DNA of 64,000 nucleotides, taken from the human T2T-CHM13v2.0 reference genome, Homo sapiens. Positions 23,809 to 38,249 of the stretch are shown one piece after another. The stretch lies in the NCBI RefSeq assembly GCF_009914755.1, contig NC_060930.1, one strand, 5' to 3'. Position numbers and translations under genes: made by a program. Position 1 is the first letter of the stretch. Each line of letters begins with the position of its first letter. Below the pieces are notes generated by a model. That model did not search any database and was not told the DNA's origin. It saw only the letters and a list, made by a program, of their open reading frames with translations.

Positions 23809-26100
23809 AAGAGGGGCTTAGACATAGTGAAACTAGAGATAGGGAGGATGGTCTGGCAGTGAGAAAGGGAACGGTAGATACTACTCCAGTCTGCAGATGC
23901 ATTGTGCAGTGGAGTTAGGAATTTACCTGGGGTAGCTAATGGGGTGGTGGGGGTTGTTTAGATGAATATGGGAATAGAGATTACAACCTAACATAAACAA
24001 TGCATCTTTTATTTAATATCATTGAAACTGTTTTCACTTATCTGCATGACTCTTTCTTTTGTGCCTCTTAATTTGTCCTTGAAGTTCTGTATCTAATCAT
24101 TAGTTGAGCAACCAATAATTCTCCTTCAGTCCCCCACCCCTTTTTACAACCAACTTTAATCTTTCGACTCGGTGAAAAACATGTTTCTCCTATCATAACT
24201 AGTTTAACAAAAATTCTCTTTCAAGTTTAGATTACTCAGATACAATGGCTTTCCCGTAGCTTCATGCTGAAGAATGGAATTTACATTAGAAAAGAGAGAT
24301 TTATGATAGCATTGAATTTCCATTTGAATATGGAGAATTAATAACATGCATATGTTTTTTTATTATTATTATTTTAAGATTTGAGCTATGCCATAGGCAA
24401 AAAGAAAGCTGGAAACTGTGGGGCTGGCAGGGCTCGATGAATAATTTTATCTGGATTTCATTCACAAACAGCAGCTCCCTCCTCGGGAAAGGACCTGTGT
24501 GTCTCCCCAGATCGGAACTGGAGTAAGTGCCAGGATTTCCTGATTTGTTTACATTTCTCAAAAAACTTTTTTCCCCCTGGACTAGGACAGAATTAGACTT
24601 CCTTTTCCACTTTTGGCTCCTTCCAAGCTATTCTTGCTCAAGGTATTCTCTCCCCTTTCCCCTTTCCCTGCATTCTTCTTTGTGGAAGTCTCAGCTGGGT
24701 TCTTTTGTTTCACAAAAACACCGAGAGGCAATGAAAGATGTTGGCGGAAAAATAATGGTCATAATGACAACAATAAGCCCACCGTGGCAGCATTTTCCTG
24801 GACACAGCACAGTTTGCCCAATCTTTACATTTAAAATCTGCTGTTCTGTCTCTCACAAATGCTTGGAGAAGATTCTGAGAGGCGCACACGTGACATGTCA
24901 AGTGACCTTGCCAAAGTCCTTGTGCCATAAAAGGAGGAATTGAAATCATCTCCTTTCACATAAACCCTGCTGATGAGACCTGTCATTCAGACAGTGAAAC
25001 ATCAGCCAGATCCAATAATGGATCAGAAATGTTTCATCTTTAGTGTCCAGGCTTCTTGGACCTGGGGCTGGGGGTTCTATTCTACCCTGTTATTCTCTCT
25101 GTCCTGTTTGGTTTCACTTTCACCATCTTGACCATCTATAATTGTCACTTTTGTCTAAGGCTAGTTTTGAAAGTTTACTCCAAGCTCATTTGTTTGTAAA
25201 TGTTTTGCAATCTGGGGCTTAATTCCTTTTCTTAACAAGGGAAATGCAGGCCTTGGTCTATGGCCAATCTGAATGTATAAAAAGCAACTAGATCTTGTTT
25301 GGGGCCCACAAACAAGAAGTCAGAGAAACGCAGAGGCCTTTTGAGGGAGAGGGCGTAGGGTCATTGAGAGAGAGGTGTACCTCTCTTGTTTATTGACATT
25401 TCTATTTCTTTTTTCATTCTCTCTTGTTCCTGAGATTAAAGGCCTCTTTTGACTTCACTAGCTAAGTCATCTCTGCTTTGAAACATGTCTTCCATTCTGG
25501 CCCTAGGGACAATTGTGAGAATTGTCTTGGAGCAAACCTATCCTCTCTTCTTGGTCTCCTTTCTCCCATCTTGGGGTCCCCTGGGCAGTCAGTATCATCT
25601 GTCCTTTCTGCTTTCCTGGAAACCAAACACAGCTCTCAGCAGAGGATCCAATAACTTTGCTTGCACTGGGGCACAGTTCTCAATGTTAGCACTATCCCAG
25701 GGTTATTTGTAATATAACAGAAGAAACTTTAAGGTAAAGGAATGAGTCTCTGATTGTGGAACTTATGCTACTGGGGAGATCCTTGAGGAAGTAAAATGTC
25801 TTCAAAGTGTTCTTGAAATCACATGATATTGAGGGTGGATATGGGTCAATTCAGGCATATATGTTTATTTATATCCCTGTGTATACCTATGTAGATGTGT
25901 ACATTCAGAGAGACATGGCTTATCACTGTCAAGGTCCCACTGCTGCTACTGTATCGACTGATGAGTGACCAAGAGCCTTTTCTGAACCATGTACTAAAAT
26001 CACTGAGTTAAGAATCAAGACAATAATTAAACTATTCTGAAATGTCCTTTCATAGTTTTCATTCACTCACTGAAGTGACTGTGTGAGTGCCTTCTTTTTA

Positions 26101-26601
<501 letters not shown>

Positions 26602-26836
26602 TCAGACACGGTACTGTGGGCCTGGGTGTTATAGAAGAAACTGAGGTTTAAACATTTGAGGATTTGAAGAACTCTGTTCTTTATGCTTTCAACTGTCTTC
26701 TACGATAAGCACTTATGAAATAAGATGACGTGTTATGTGAAGCACATATTCCGAAATCACAGAATGTCCTCACCAAGGTCTAGAGAAAGATAGAAAATGA
26801 GTAATGACATGAGGTCCAATGCAAAATATACCTTCT

Positions 26837-27154
26837 TTTTTAAAATTTTATTTATTTATTTTATTTTTGAGACAGGTTCTTGCTCCGTACCTCAGGCTGG
26901 AGTACAGTGAGTGGTGTGAACACTTCTCATGGCAGCCTCAACCTTCTGGGTTCAAGTGATCCTCCTGCCTCAGCCTCCCACGTAGATGGGACAACAGCCA
27001 CATGCCACTGTGCCCAACTAATTTTTTGATTTTTTGTAGATGTGAGATTTCACTTTGTTTTCCAGGCTGGTCTCAAACTCCTGGGCTCAAGCAATCCTCC
27101 CATCTTGGTCTCCCCAAATACTGGAATTACATGGATAAGCCATCGTGCCTGGCT
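26837..27154 (-). mobile_element. AluJ
   Basis: J-type ctcctgggctcaagcaatcctcc; TSD aaatataccttct/aaatatacattct. Confidence 0.92.
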
Positions 27155-27330
27155 AAATATACATTCTAAGGTGGGGAAAGCGCCTCCACAAACAAACCAA
27201 CATGTGAGATGAGAAGGAAAACACCAGCTTTAGGACAATGTTAACAGAAAACTTAAAAATTGTTTAAAGAACATGAACAAAGATGTCAATTTGACAGGAT
27301 ACAACACATTGTATTTTGTATGTGCAGTTA

Positions 27331-27331
<1 letters not shown>

Positions 27332-27391
<60 letters not shown>
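27332..27391. repeat. Compound (TG)n(TA)n(T)n microsatellite
   Basis: Direct reading. Confidence 0.95.
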
Positions 27392-30087
27392 CCTGATATA
27401 TTTCCTATACCACTGGACATTTTTATTTCCAGGTCTTCATTTCAAGAGAAGATCTGAGGCAGGCAGTTTACCTGAGAGGCTTTTCCCTTCCTATCTGAAT
27501 GTAAAAAAATTTCTGCAGGACCCTCAGATTTCTCTAGTTCTTAAAAACAAGGCCAAGAGGCTCATCTATTTGAAGGGATGGTTAGGCAGCTTGGGGTGCT
27601 TCAAGCCTCACCCACTGGTTCTTTGGTCTTATCTCCAGTGGTGACCCAGTTTATTACAGAAAGGAAACCTAGGTTGGCTCCATGACAGCCCCAGCAACCT
27701 AGAGGCTGGGGATGCTGAAGATCAGATGGATTTTGGTGTACATGTGCTGGTTTTGTCTTATACCTCTTTAGAAGCCTGAGTAGGCTGAGATGGTGAGCAC
27801 TCAAGAACAGTCTGAGTTCTGGCAGAAAGCATCACCTTCATAACCACTACTAAAACATTTTTCCTCCCGCACAAAAGGTACACTTGTTTTTCTCTGGGAG
27901 CTGGTGATGTTGAGATGCTGCAAAGGGACACATTTTCTAGGCCCTTATTTGTGTTTTCTTGCTGTTTTCTTACATACTGTCTTAATTCATAGCCACAAAG
28001 CCATTGTACGTTGAATAAAATATAAAACCATAGCACTTTCCAATTCTATAAACAAATATATTCCTTTAATAATTGCCACACTTTAATGACTTCAACAGTG
28101 TAGATAGGTGGGTGAGTGGGTAAGAGTGGATTCCAATTGTACATAAATGGTTTTGAGTTCTTATAAAGGGATTATTTTTGTACTTGGTGCCTGTAGTGTC
28201 TCCACTAGGGCTTGAGTCTTACCAACTGATCAACTGTTTTTTCACTGGCCTTTGGGAAGATACCGTAGATGTGTCCTCTGCCCTCTGAGACTGCCAAAGG
28301 AGGATTAGGGGAATTACTGGCTGAAGCCATGGTTTCTGTATAGTTTTCATCAGTAAGAGATCTGTAGGATCTCCAGGCATGTGGACTATGGTAATATGAG
28401 GTGAGATGAAGGCCAACAAAGTTAGCAAAGCCAGGAAGTATGTCCTATAGGTCTTGATCCAGTCTACATTTTAGTTTATTCTGCAACCAGAACCTGTGTG
28501 TGGCTGAATGCAAGGTCTAGGATACATGACCCTGTCCGGGTGGGGGACAGTGAGGTCCTAAGACCCCTTGTAGAATACTGGAAAACAGTTGGTATGACCA
28601 ACATGAAGATTTGGCTTTCCTGACAAATCCCCACATTCTGCACTTGACAGATGAATGCAAAGGTCTCTATTTCCAAGGAAAGCAAGCTAGGAGCATGTGA
28701 TCCCTCAAGGCCACTTTGTGATTCACTGGGAAAACAAGATGAAATCATCCCATTTCCAACTATGGAACCAAGATGAGCCTAGGCATTTTTAAGCCATTGG
28801 CAGAGCTGTCTTCTTTATTTTCTTTGCCTGACCCCATCCAGCTCTGATACCTCTTGCCATACATAAGCTGGACATATTTAGCCCCCTAGAGAGAAAGGAA
28901 CATTGGCTGGGACAAAGTCCCTACCCACCACACCCACCCTCCTTGGGCAGTCTTGTTATCTCTCCTTGGAGTGTGTGATTTAGTACCACATGACATTAAG
29001 ATATGATAACCTGAACTCTCTATTACTTTGGGAAAGACTACTGAGAAAAAAAAAAAAAAAGCTTGTTGGAATAGCTCTGTTGATTATAGCTGTGTGGGGT
29101 TATCTTGGAAGAGGATGGAAAATAACCCAGAGCCAAGACTTGTTTTGGATGGCTAAAGTGAAGTCAAAAATAGATGAAGATCCACCCACATGTTAAGAAA
29201 ATCCTTAAAGTCCTGACACCCAGCAAGGCTGTACTAAGCAGTTATCACCTACTTTTTGTTTTCTGCTTCATCAGCTCTCTAATCCTGCAAGTTTCATTAT
29301 TAGGATTTCCTGCTATACTTTTAGTTTTCAGTTACAGATTGACTGGGGACTGCCAGTATGTCTGGCCTACTGATGTTTGCTGGTAGATTATCCTTGTAAG
29401 AGTTACTATTGTAAGGGAGCATTTTTTAAAAAGTAAGGAAGAGTGGCAATTCAAATAAATTCCACTGCCTCACTGCTTGCCATGGTCTGACAACTATGAA
29501 TACAACAGAAAGGCTCTTTTGAAACAAACTTTCTTGTTAAAAAAAAAAAAATTTGCAAATGAAACAAAGAAGCCAACAAAACAAAACAAAGCAAAACAAA
29601 AAAACACAACACCCCATGGTTGAATTTACCAACCTGAAGAGTTCAGACGTTGCCCAAGTCAGGGACTGGTAATTGACATCCAGTTCAGGGGTTCATTTTC
29701 CCTTTTCTCAAGATTGAATGGAACTCTCTTTTTAAAGACTTATAATTTACTGTCTAAAATTGGAACGGTGACAAATTCAAAGCAGGGTAAAAGGAAGTCT
29801 CCAAAACAATAGCACTGAAATTATCCCAGAGCTTTTTCAATTGTGAGAATTTAGTGCACCTGAGTTGCTAGACTCACTATAGTGGCAGCATGCCTAAGTG
29901 GTATATTTTTTAATCTAAATCTAAGGAGGTGACCTCTTTTGGTAGAATGAACATTGATGGTTTTTTTTTTTCTATTTTGCTGAAAATATTCTACAATATC
30001 CCAGGGATTTTCAGGGAAAGCACGCTCTATTCATAAATGAAAATAAGAGCACATATTCCAGTCCTCAGTACAAAGCTTCAAGGACCA

Positions 30088-30325
30088 TTGTTGAGCATTG
30101 GCTATTACCAAGTACTATGCTACATGCTTTATATACATTGATTCATTTGGTCTTCACAACAGTCTGCTAGGGGTAGGTACGACTATTACTTCTATTTTAC
30201 AGAGACAGAAAGAGGGAGGTTAAGTAACTGGTTTAAAGTCATCTGGCTAGTGAGTGACAGAGTCAGGATTTGAACCCCGGTATTCTAACTCTATTGCCAT
30301 ACTCTTAACTACTTGGCAATACCAC
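30088..30325 (-). mobile_element. MIR SINE
   Basis: ctattttacagag...gaggttaagtaact...ggatttgaaccc. Confidence 0.8.
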
Positions 30326-30559
30326 CTCCTAAAAAAAGTGAGTGGCCTAGCTTCAAGGACATTAGGTCCTGAAGGCCTAGTAGGAATTGAGTTTTGGTGC
30401 GAAGCCACTCAGCATGTTCGATTTTAGAAATGGAACCTAGTATTCTACTGTTGAATACGAGGCAGGCCAGGTAAGTTAGGTTTCACTGCATCCTAGCTAT
30501 GCGGTTGATATTCTCAATTCTATTTAGTTTTATTCCCAATCTGTCTCTGAAAATGATCG

Positions 30560-31420
30560 AAGTACTTACATGCAAATATACATCCTTCCTTTAGGCCTCT
30601 ACAGAACTCCAGTCTCATTTCGACTGCCTTCTAAATATCCCTACTTGCTTAAGCCTTCACGCATCTCAAATACCTACACTGAGCTTCCCAGTCCCACTTC
30701 AACAGCTCTGCATTCCAACTTCTCTGTCTCCATAGTGGTGTCATTCAGTCACCCACACTCTAAACTAGCTCAGGATCAGTTTTTACTCCCCTCTTTCCCG
30801 CACTGTTTCCTGCCTCAACCCCTGCCCCAAGCAAACATGCAGTTAGTCATTAAGTCCTGCTGATTCCCTTTGCCAAATCTGTTCTTTCCGATTCCTGCTG
30901 CAACAAATCAAATTTCTAAAACCATATTTTGGAATAAATTTCCCATGAGTTGGCCCACCTTTAGGCTTGCTGTCCTGAATATAGCCACCAGATTAAAGTT
31001 GAAATTCAATGCCTTTGACAGTGTTTTTGTTTTGTTTTGTTTTTGTTTTTTTTCCTGTGCTCTTTTGTGTGCCAGGCACTAAGTTGGAGACACATCACTG
31101 AATAAACAGACAAGACTCCTGCCTTAAGGAAGCTTGCTAAAGTGTCCAAAATGACTACATAACTTCCCTGGTTAAAGCCAACCAAAGCAGTAAAGTAATA
31201 TTCAAAGATTCTCTATTTCCTCAATTTAATGGCAAAATCTTGGTTTGGAAATCAAGTTCCTCCACCATTTGGCCTCACTTTCCCTTTTCCCTTGCTCTTC
31301 ATCAGCAGGTGCTCAGCCTTGCACCCAATACATTCTGTTTATTCTGTTTCCCAACACAGTGATTCTCTCACCTCCCTGCCTTGCCCTTGCTGTCCTTTCT
31401 GCTGGGAATAGCTCATCTTC
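30560..31420 (+). mobile_element. Diverged L2, with a short antisense L2 3' piece at ~31060-31140
   Basis: gcatctcaaa...agtcattaagtcctgctgattc...tgccttgcccttgctgtcctttctgctgggaat; insert tgtgccaggcact...gaataaacagacaagactcctgcc. Confidence 0.55.
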
Positions 31421-31875
31421 ACACTTCTCTACACAAATATTTCTGCTTTCCACCACCGTGGAGTTGTTTGCCTCCACCACGGGGCCAGATCAGGAGATAC
31501 GCATGTCCCTTACTCACTTCACTGCTGTGGTCAGGTCTTGCCCGGATCTGGGGCAGGAGGGATTTAAATAGTATATAGCCTGACACTTTGTGGTAGAGAA
31601 AGTCCCTTTGTGACAATTTAGCCTGTTCACCCCCCTCAGCTCTTGCTTTGGTTCTGAGGCCCATCTTCACCCTCAGTTCTGGTACCTGAGCCTGTGCCTC
31701 ATTTCTGTTTTCTGCGTCCCTCTTAGGGACCCCTTACCTCACACGTTGAACTCAGCATCCCCTTCATATAATCCTTCCCTTAAACTCCACCCCTATGACT
31801 GAGACCCCAAGGTCCCAAAACACTTTTGCAGATTCTAACAGCCTACCTGCCTCATTGAAAACTGGAATATTATGG

Positions 31876-32310
31876 TTCATTCATTCACCAACAATAAATG
31901 TTTACTGGAGCCTTCCTGTATGCCAGGGCCTGACCACATAACACATGGCAAGAACTATTCCCCATTCTCATGATGCTCACTCTCTCATTGGGGTAAGTGG
32001 TTAAATAAAGAAGCAAAGTAATTTTGGGGAGTGAGAAAGACTATGAGGAGAGTCAAACGGGCTACTGAGATGGAGGCAGGGACTGGCAGAAGCTGGTTTA
32101 GATGGGGCGCTTAGGAATAACATCTCAACTGAGATTGGAACGACGAGAAGGAGCCAGCCAGCCATGTGTAAAGCTGAGTAGTGTCCCAAGCAGAGGAAAC
32201 TGCAGGTGAAAGATCCTACTGTAATCACCAGAGACCAAGGAGAGGCCAGCAGATCAGGGCAAAGGAGGGGAGAGTAGTAAAGAAAGTAGGGCAGCAGGGG
32301 CCAGAGCAGG
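31876..32310 (-). mobile_element. L2 3' region
   Basis: ttcattcattcaccaacaataaatgtttactggagccttcctgtatgccagg. Confidence 0.7.
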
Positions 32311-32905
32311 GGAGACCTTGTTGCTGTGTTCCTGAGAAGTAGTTTTGTTGGATTTTCCCCAGTTGCCAGCTGCCTGGCTCTGCAGATCTTCTGCACTGTT
32401 TGTCTGGCTTACGTGCTCCTAGTTCCTTTTGGCTTGATTTGTCCTTCCTCGTTCCCCCTGGACGTGCCCCATTTTGATGGCAGGGTCTTGGATTCCCATC
32501 ACTGTCTTTCTCATGGTCATTAAGTGGGCATTGCCCAGATAACACGTCCAAGGTAAGATGGTGCCCATCCAAGTTCTCCCTGGTCTCTAAAGCCTAATTC
32601 CCATATAAGTTTCTTTAGGACATTTTCCCAAATGATCATAGCTGGAGAAAGATCTAAGGCAGTAGCCTGGCTTGGTCTGAGCCATCACCCAGCTTTCCTC
32701 ACATGCTCATTTATGCTTTGGTGTCACTTTCCTTTCCAGATTTTATGCCTCTGAAAATAGGAGCTGTCTCTGGTACAATTTTGTTCCACCAGATTAATAG
32801 CATGGTGGCTCGTTCTCAGTAGCCATGGAAATGTGTTTTGGAGAATAAACTATTTGTGGAGCTACTTGGCTATTGTCATGAGGATTAAAAATATATGTGA
32901 AGCAG

Positions 32906-33006
32906 TTGGCCATGATGACATGCTCCTCTAGTCTGAGCTACTCCAGAGGCCGAAGCAGGAGGATCTCATGAGCCCAGGAGTTTGAGGCCAATCTGTAAAA
33001 AAAAAA
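32906..33006 (+). mobile_element. Monomeric Alu (FLAM/FAM-like) inserted in a MIR 3' end (~32865-33070)
   Basis: gctactccagaggccgaagcaggaggatctcatgagcccaggagtttgaggcc plus A tail; TSD tgtgaagca/tatgaagca. Confidence 0.75.
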
Positions 33007-33429
33007 TTATGAAGCATCTAGAAAGGTACTTGGCACATAATAGGTTCTAAATTAATGATAATATTATGATCATTGTCATAGTTGAGTGACTTTGGGCGTA
33101 ACTCTTCCGATTTTTTAGTTTAAATGATACTGCTGGATAGAATGATTTCTAAAATGTTTTCTAGCTCTAAAACTTGATCATGGCTTGGATGAACACCTTG
33201 AAAGCTCTCAGGAAGAGAAAGAGTCTTTGCCTGTTGGGTAACTTTTCCCTAGTGAGAAGGCTTGTAGGCATTTGAGATTCTTTTATGGCATCAGTGATAA
33301 TGTACAATATTTTCAATAAGGAAGCAATTATACATTTTTAATTTATTGAGTAGTATATATTTAGTAGTATTTCAGGCATTTTGAGAGTAGAGACAGTGAT
33401 AATACTTTTTTCAAATGTGCACCTGCAAT

Positions 33430-34120
33430 AGCAAGTGTTGTCAAAGGTGTGGAGAAACAGAAATTCTCATATACTTCTTACGGGTATATACATCAGTACA
33501 GCCTCTTGGAAGTGCAATTCAACGATAGTGAGAAAAGGAAAAGATGCACATATTGTATGATCCTGCAATTCTACCCCTAGAGAAACTGTAGCACATATGC
33601 ACAGAGGCTTTTTCAAGAATATTCATGGAAGCTTTGTGGTAAAAAATCTGAAGCAACCCAAGTGTCTCTGAGCAGGAGAAAGGATAGATTGTGTATTCAA
33701 ATACAAACATGAAAATAAATGAGCTACATCTACAAAGCTTCATATGGATAAGTCTCAAAAGCATAATGTTTAGGGAAAAAGCAAATTGCATAATCATAAT
33801 ATAGTATGATAAAAAATAAAGTTAAAATCATACAATATATAGCTATGGATATAAACAGATAATATAAAAATGTAAGGACCGGCATGAAAAACACCAAATT
33901 CAGAATAGTGGTTAACTCTAAAAGGGATGGAGGAAGGAGAGTGGAATTAGGAGTGGGATATATACGGAGTTTCAACTAAATATGAATGTCTTTTTTTCCT
34001 TAAAGAAAGATTTGAAAGAAATAGGGCAAAAGATTAAGATTTAATGAAGCTGGGTGTATACAGCAGTGCTTATTATTGATCTGTTTTTTGTATACTTATA
34101 ATAATTAAAAAGAAAAATAT
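33430..34120 (+). mobile_element. L1ME-type 3' region
   Basis: caagtgttgtcaaaggtgtggagaaacag...tatgatcctgcaattctacccctag...aacaccaaattcagaatagtggtta. Confidence 0.8.
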
Positions 34121-34322
34121 AACTATTAAAATATACCTGTGACTAGTTGGATTTGAAAGAAAAAACAATTGAAACTACTAGTACAGTGGCTATCTAAACA
34201 CTAAGTCTTGATGCTCATTTTTGTGTTCACATTGGAAAAATATCTGGATTTAGGTTTTGAGACTAAGTATCAATAATGATAAGAAGTAATCATGAAAACA
34301 ATTAATGACATGTTTTGACAAA

Positions 34323-34617
<295 letters not shown>

Positions 34618-37001
34618 TGACAAGTGTTTCTTATCCTACATCCTGGAAGTGTAAAGCTTTATTTTTTCTTTAGGCAGATTTTATCTTACCAAATGCCCAT
34701 TTAGGTATTTAATTGTGTATTGTTTTTACCTTCATTTAAATGTTTCCTGTACTTATCTTCCCAACTACACTGAACCAGAACCCTGAATCACCCAGTTTTC
34801 AGTCTGGAGTTTTTCTCATCAACATCATATACTGCTTTTGTACTCAATAAATACTTTTTGAGGGTATGAATGACTAAATAATTATCCTCTTAATGCATTA
34901 ATTTCTCTTATATAAGAAACCTAGACCCTTCTCTGAGGACAACAGAATTACTGACCTACTAAAGAATTTGATTTTCTGTGAGTAGGACATGAGTGATTCT
35001 TTTCTCAATATGCAGGTTTGTACAGTATCACAACAAATAAACAAAGTAAAAAACCTTATGGTTTATTTAAGCATTTATAAAAATGCACACTTCAGTTCTT
35101 TCTAGACAAGGCAGCTGGCCTCTCCCTCCCCAGCACAACACGAAATGGTTCCTACCATGCTGTCTGGCATCAAGGGCTGTTCTCGTCCAAGAAACACACA
35201 TGTTGCTACTCTTCTATTCTATTTTGATTGACATTTGTATTTCTCAAAAGCAACAATCAGATTTTTAATATTCAGACCCAAATACTCATTGCATTGTCAA
35301 TGATGGCAAGAAAAATTAGAGGATACAGGCAAATTTTCAGCTATGTGGATGAAAGCAACCTTTATTTTTCTCTAATACTGAATCCAGCTTTGAGGTTCTT
35401 TATTTACAGCAGATATGAAGCCAAGCCTTTGTAGTTGTGTGTTTTTTTCTTCCCCTCTTTTTTTTGGGGAGGGGTTGATGTGAGCTGGCATCTCTCATGA
35501 AAAGATAAAGGCATTAATTAACTACACTACCAAACCTCAAGGATAAAAGCTATTGTGAACAGGAGTTAGGCATGCACATGGTATCAAGTAAGGGCCTGGA
35601 AACAGACTGCTGCCAAGGAAAACAGATGTCTGTCTCCTTTAAGGAGATCAAATTATGGGTATATTAGCTATTGCTAATCTCTCAATTGATTTAACAATGA
35701 TGGTATTGATGAGCTAATTTGAATTGAGTGCAATCATTGCCATTACCATTGTCACAATAAAATTCTTAAAACATTTGACTCAACCAAGTAATAATAAACA
35801 ACAACAATAACAAAACAATAGCAAAGAAGCCATCCTAGAAGAGAAATGGATGCATCAAATCCAGAAATGATAAAGGGCCAGACGGGCTCCACTTCTATCT
35901 TTTGCTGTAAAGTCCAGATGTGAGTAGGAGAGGAATTTCCCCCACATAACAGTGAGTATTAACGACTCACAATCATAGGATGCATGAGACAATGATGAAT
36001 TGTATATTACAAGCCTATAGAAGACAATCAAAACGGTCACTTTCTTCCTAGTGGAATTCACTAGCAAAATTGGAACAGAAAGAAAATTCTGCTTAAGGTT
36101 TTGCACACTGTTTTTCCTGTTTTCCTGACATGGTTATAAATAAGAAAAAGTGCAGATGTTCAGATTCTCTCTGTTGCATGACTGTGTTTCATCCCTTTAT
36201 TGGGTTGCTCTTATTGTTTCTTTTATGTTGTTGTGGTGTTGTTTTTAAACTCCCCTGCACATGCTATCTGCAGAACATTTTCTTTCTTCTCTCTCTTTCT
36301 CTCGTTTCTTTCAACTGCACTTGTCATTTCTCAGGATTTTTGGGAGAAGAGGGAGAGGAGAGTTAGGCATAGATCATGAGCCAGAATCTAAGGGAGCAGG
36401 GTAAAGAGTATCTGAATAAGATAATATGCCCTAGAAAAACCCAGTTCTTTCTCTCCATCTTTTTAGAGGCCACTTCAATTCTTGTTTACATTCACACTTA
36501 GGGGACATATGCAGAAATAGGCCAACTTGAAGGTTAAGTAACTCCAGCATGACCAGGTCGGCCATGAGAACATGGAAAAAGTTCTGAAGTCAGTCTAGAA
36601 GTTCAGGTTCACTTTCAGGAAGCAGAGGGCCCAGTTTAATAAGTAATGCCTGATGTCAATACAAAATTAGACCCAAGCTTTGGCTCCCTTCAGAGTTGAG
36701 CTCTCTACTGCCCCTTCCCAGAGGTTTGAGGAATGGACATATAAAGAGGTTTCTTGACTGAGCAAGATACTGCAAAGCCATTTGAACTGCAGTGGGCTTT
36801 GTTGTGTTTTTCCTTTCCTTGTTTCAGTCCCTCTGGCAAAGCCCTATTAACCTATGTGTTTGATTCCAAGTTCTTTTTACTTTTTAGACTAGATAGTCTG
36901 ATTCCCATGAAGGTCTTGAGAGACTCACAGTTCCTCCCAGCAGTCAGGAAAAATGATGTCCAAGCTTCTGGCCCTCACTTTCCAGTGGACTAAGACTACA
37001 A

Positions 37002-37166
37002 TACAAGATACCGAACACCTAGATATTTCCAGATTTTGGATATTGGTCTGCCTGATGCCAAACATCTGGATAGTTGAAAAATCAGGATGCTTGGCATCAA
37101 GCAGACAAAACATCTGGATGACTGCTTGAGTTTTTCACTTTTTAAGTGGATGTTTGGTGTCTTGTA
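37002..37166. repeat. Nested imperfect palindrome, possibly an ancient MITE
   Basis: Outer arms 37002-37019/37149-37166 (15/18); inner arms 37046-37066/37086-37106 (19/21). Confidence 0.75.
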
Positions 37167-38249
37167 GACACAAGCTGAGGCTCTGACTTCATCTTGTAAC
37201 AGCCCCCAGGCTGCCAGGCTGGCTCCAGATTCCCTTTATTGCAACTGACATTTTTACAAGAAAACTTTGCATTCTGTGTGATGCCTGTTGTTCTTATGCT
37301 GAGAAACAGATTGGTTACTCAGGAAAAAACCAGCCCAAACCGAGCCCCAAAGGCCACATGCTTGAGCAAGGGCTTGAAGGAGCTGGAGAATTTCAGACTC
37401 ACTATTGTCTTTGTGAGGAAAATCACCACATAACTGCAGTAAGAAGAGGTGGTTGCTGGAGAGAGAAGAAGGCCTCCAGAGTGCTAAAAGTGCCAGATCC
37501 ATTCTAATAGCTCTCAATTTAGCTCACCCTCATTGCAGCCATGGAATATTGTTTCCAGGTAGTGCTTTTTGTACCACTTAATGCAGATTAATGATAAATG
37601 GTCAAACATTCCATAAGATGCACCAGTGATTCTACAAATGAAACAATAGGGATGGTTTAGGAATCACCATTTTTTCTAGAATATTTGAGCAAATAAAATT
37701 GAGCAAGTAAGATGCTCAACTTTGCCTCATTTGAAAAAAGAGTTTCACAATCCAAGTGAAGGCTTATTCACTCCTCCACCTTGGAACAATTGTGGTAATG
37801 ATGAAAGTAAATTATCAACAGTTATTTATTGACCACCTTCCATGCACCTAGCTGTCATGAACTGTCTGACTTCACACCCCTTCTCATCCCTGCTCTTTGC
37901 CAAGTGTACCTATTAGCTTCTCTGATGAGCTCAGACCTGCCTACTCACTGTGAACAGCCCTGCTGTATGGCACAGAAGGATCCCTGGCCTCCAAATGCTG
38001 TTGGAACGGGTTCAAGCTACACTCTTTCCTCTTTTCCCTTCATGCCTGGCATACAAGATCCCTTGCCTGGATCTTACTCCTTGACACCTCAATCCTTGGC
38101 CTGTGTTTTTAGTCTCCATTTGAGTCCCTCATCATTAACTTAGTCTTGGAAACTCCATTTTTTATCTCTGAGCTTCAATCTCCCTAACTCTGGATGATTC
38201 TTACTATCTATTGGAATTACAGGATTTGCTTCTTCCTACCCACTTTAAT

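Noticed and set aside
24527-24943. 138-aa ORF in unique sequence
   Set aside because: GTG start within a donor motif, low-complexity F/L/S composition, no recognisable domain
27260-27644. ORFs with CVCV/YIYI/FFFF runs
   Set aside because: Microsatellite translations
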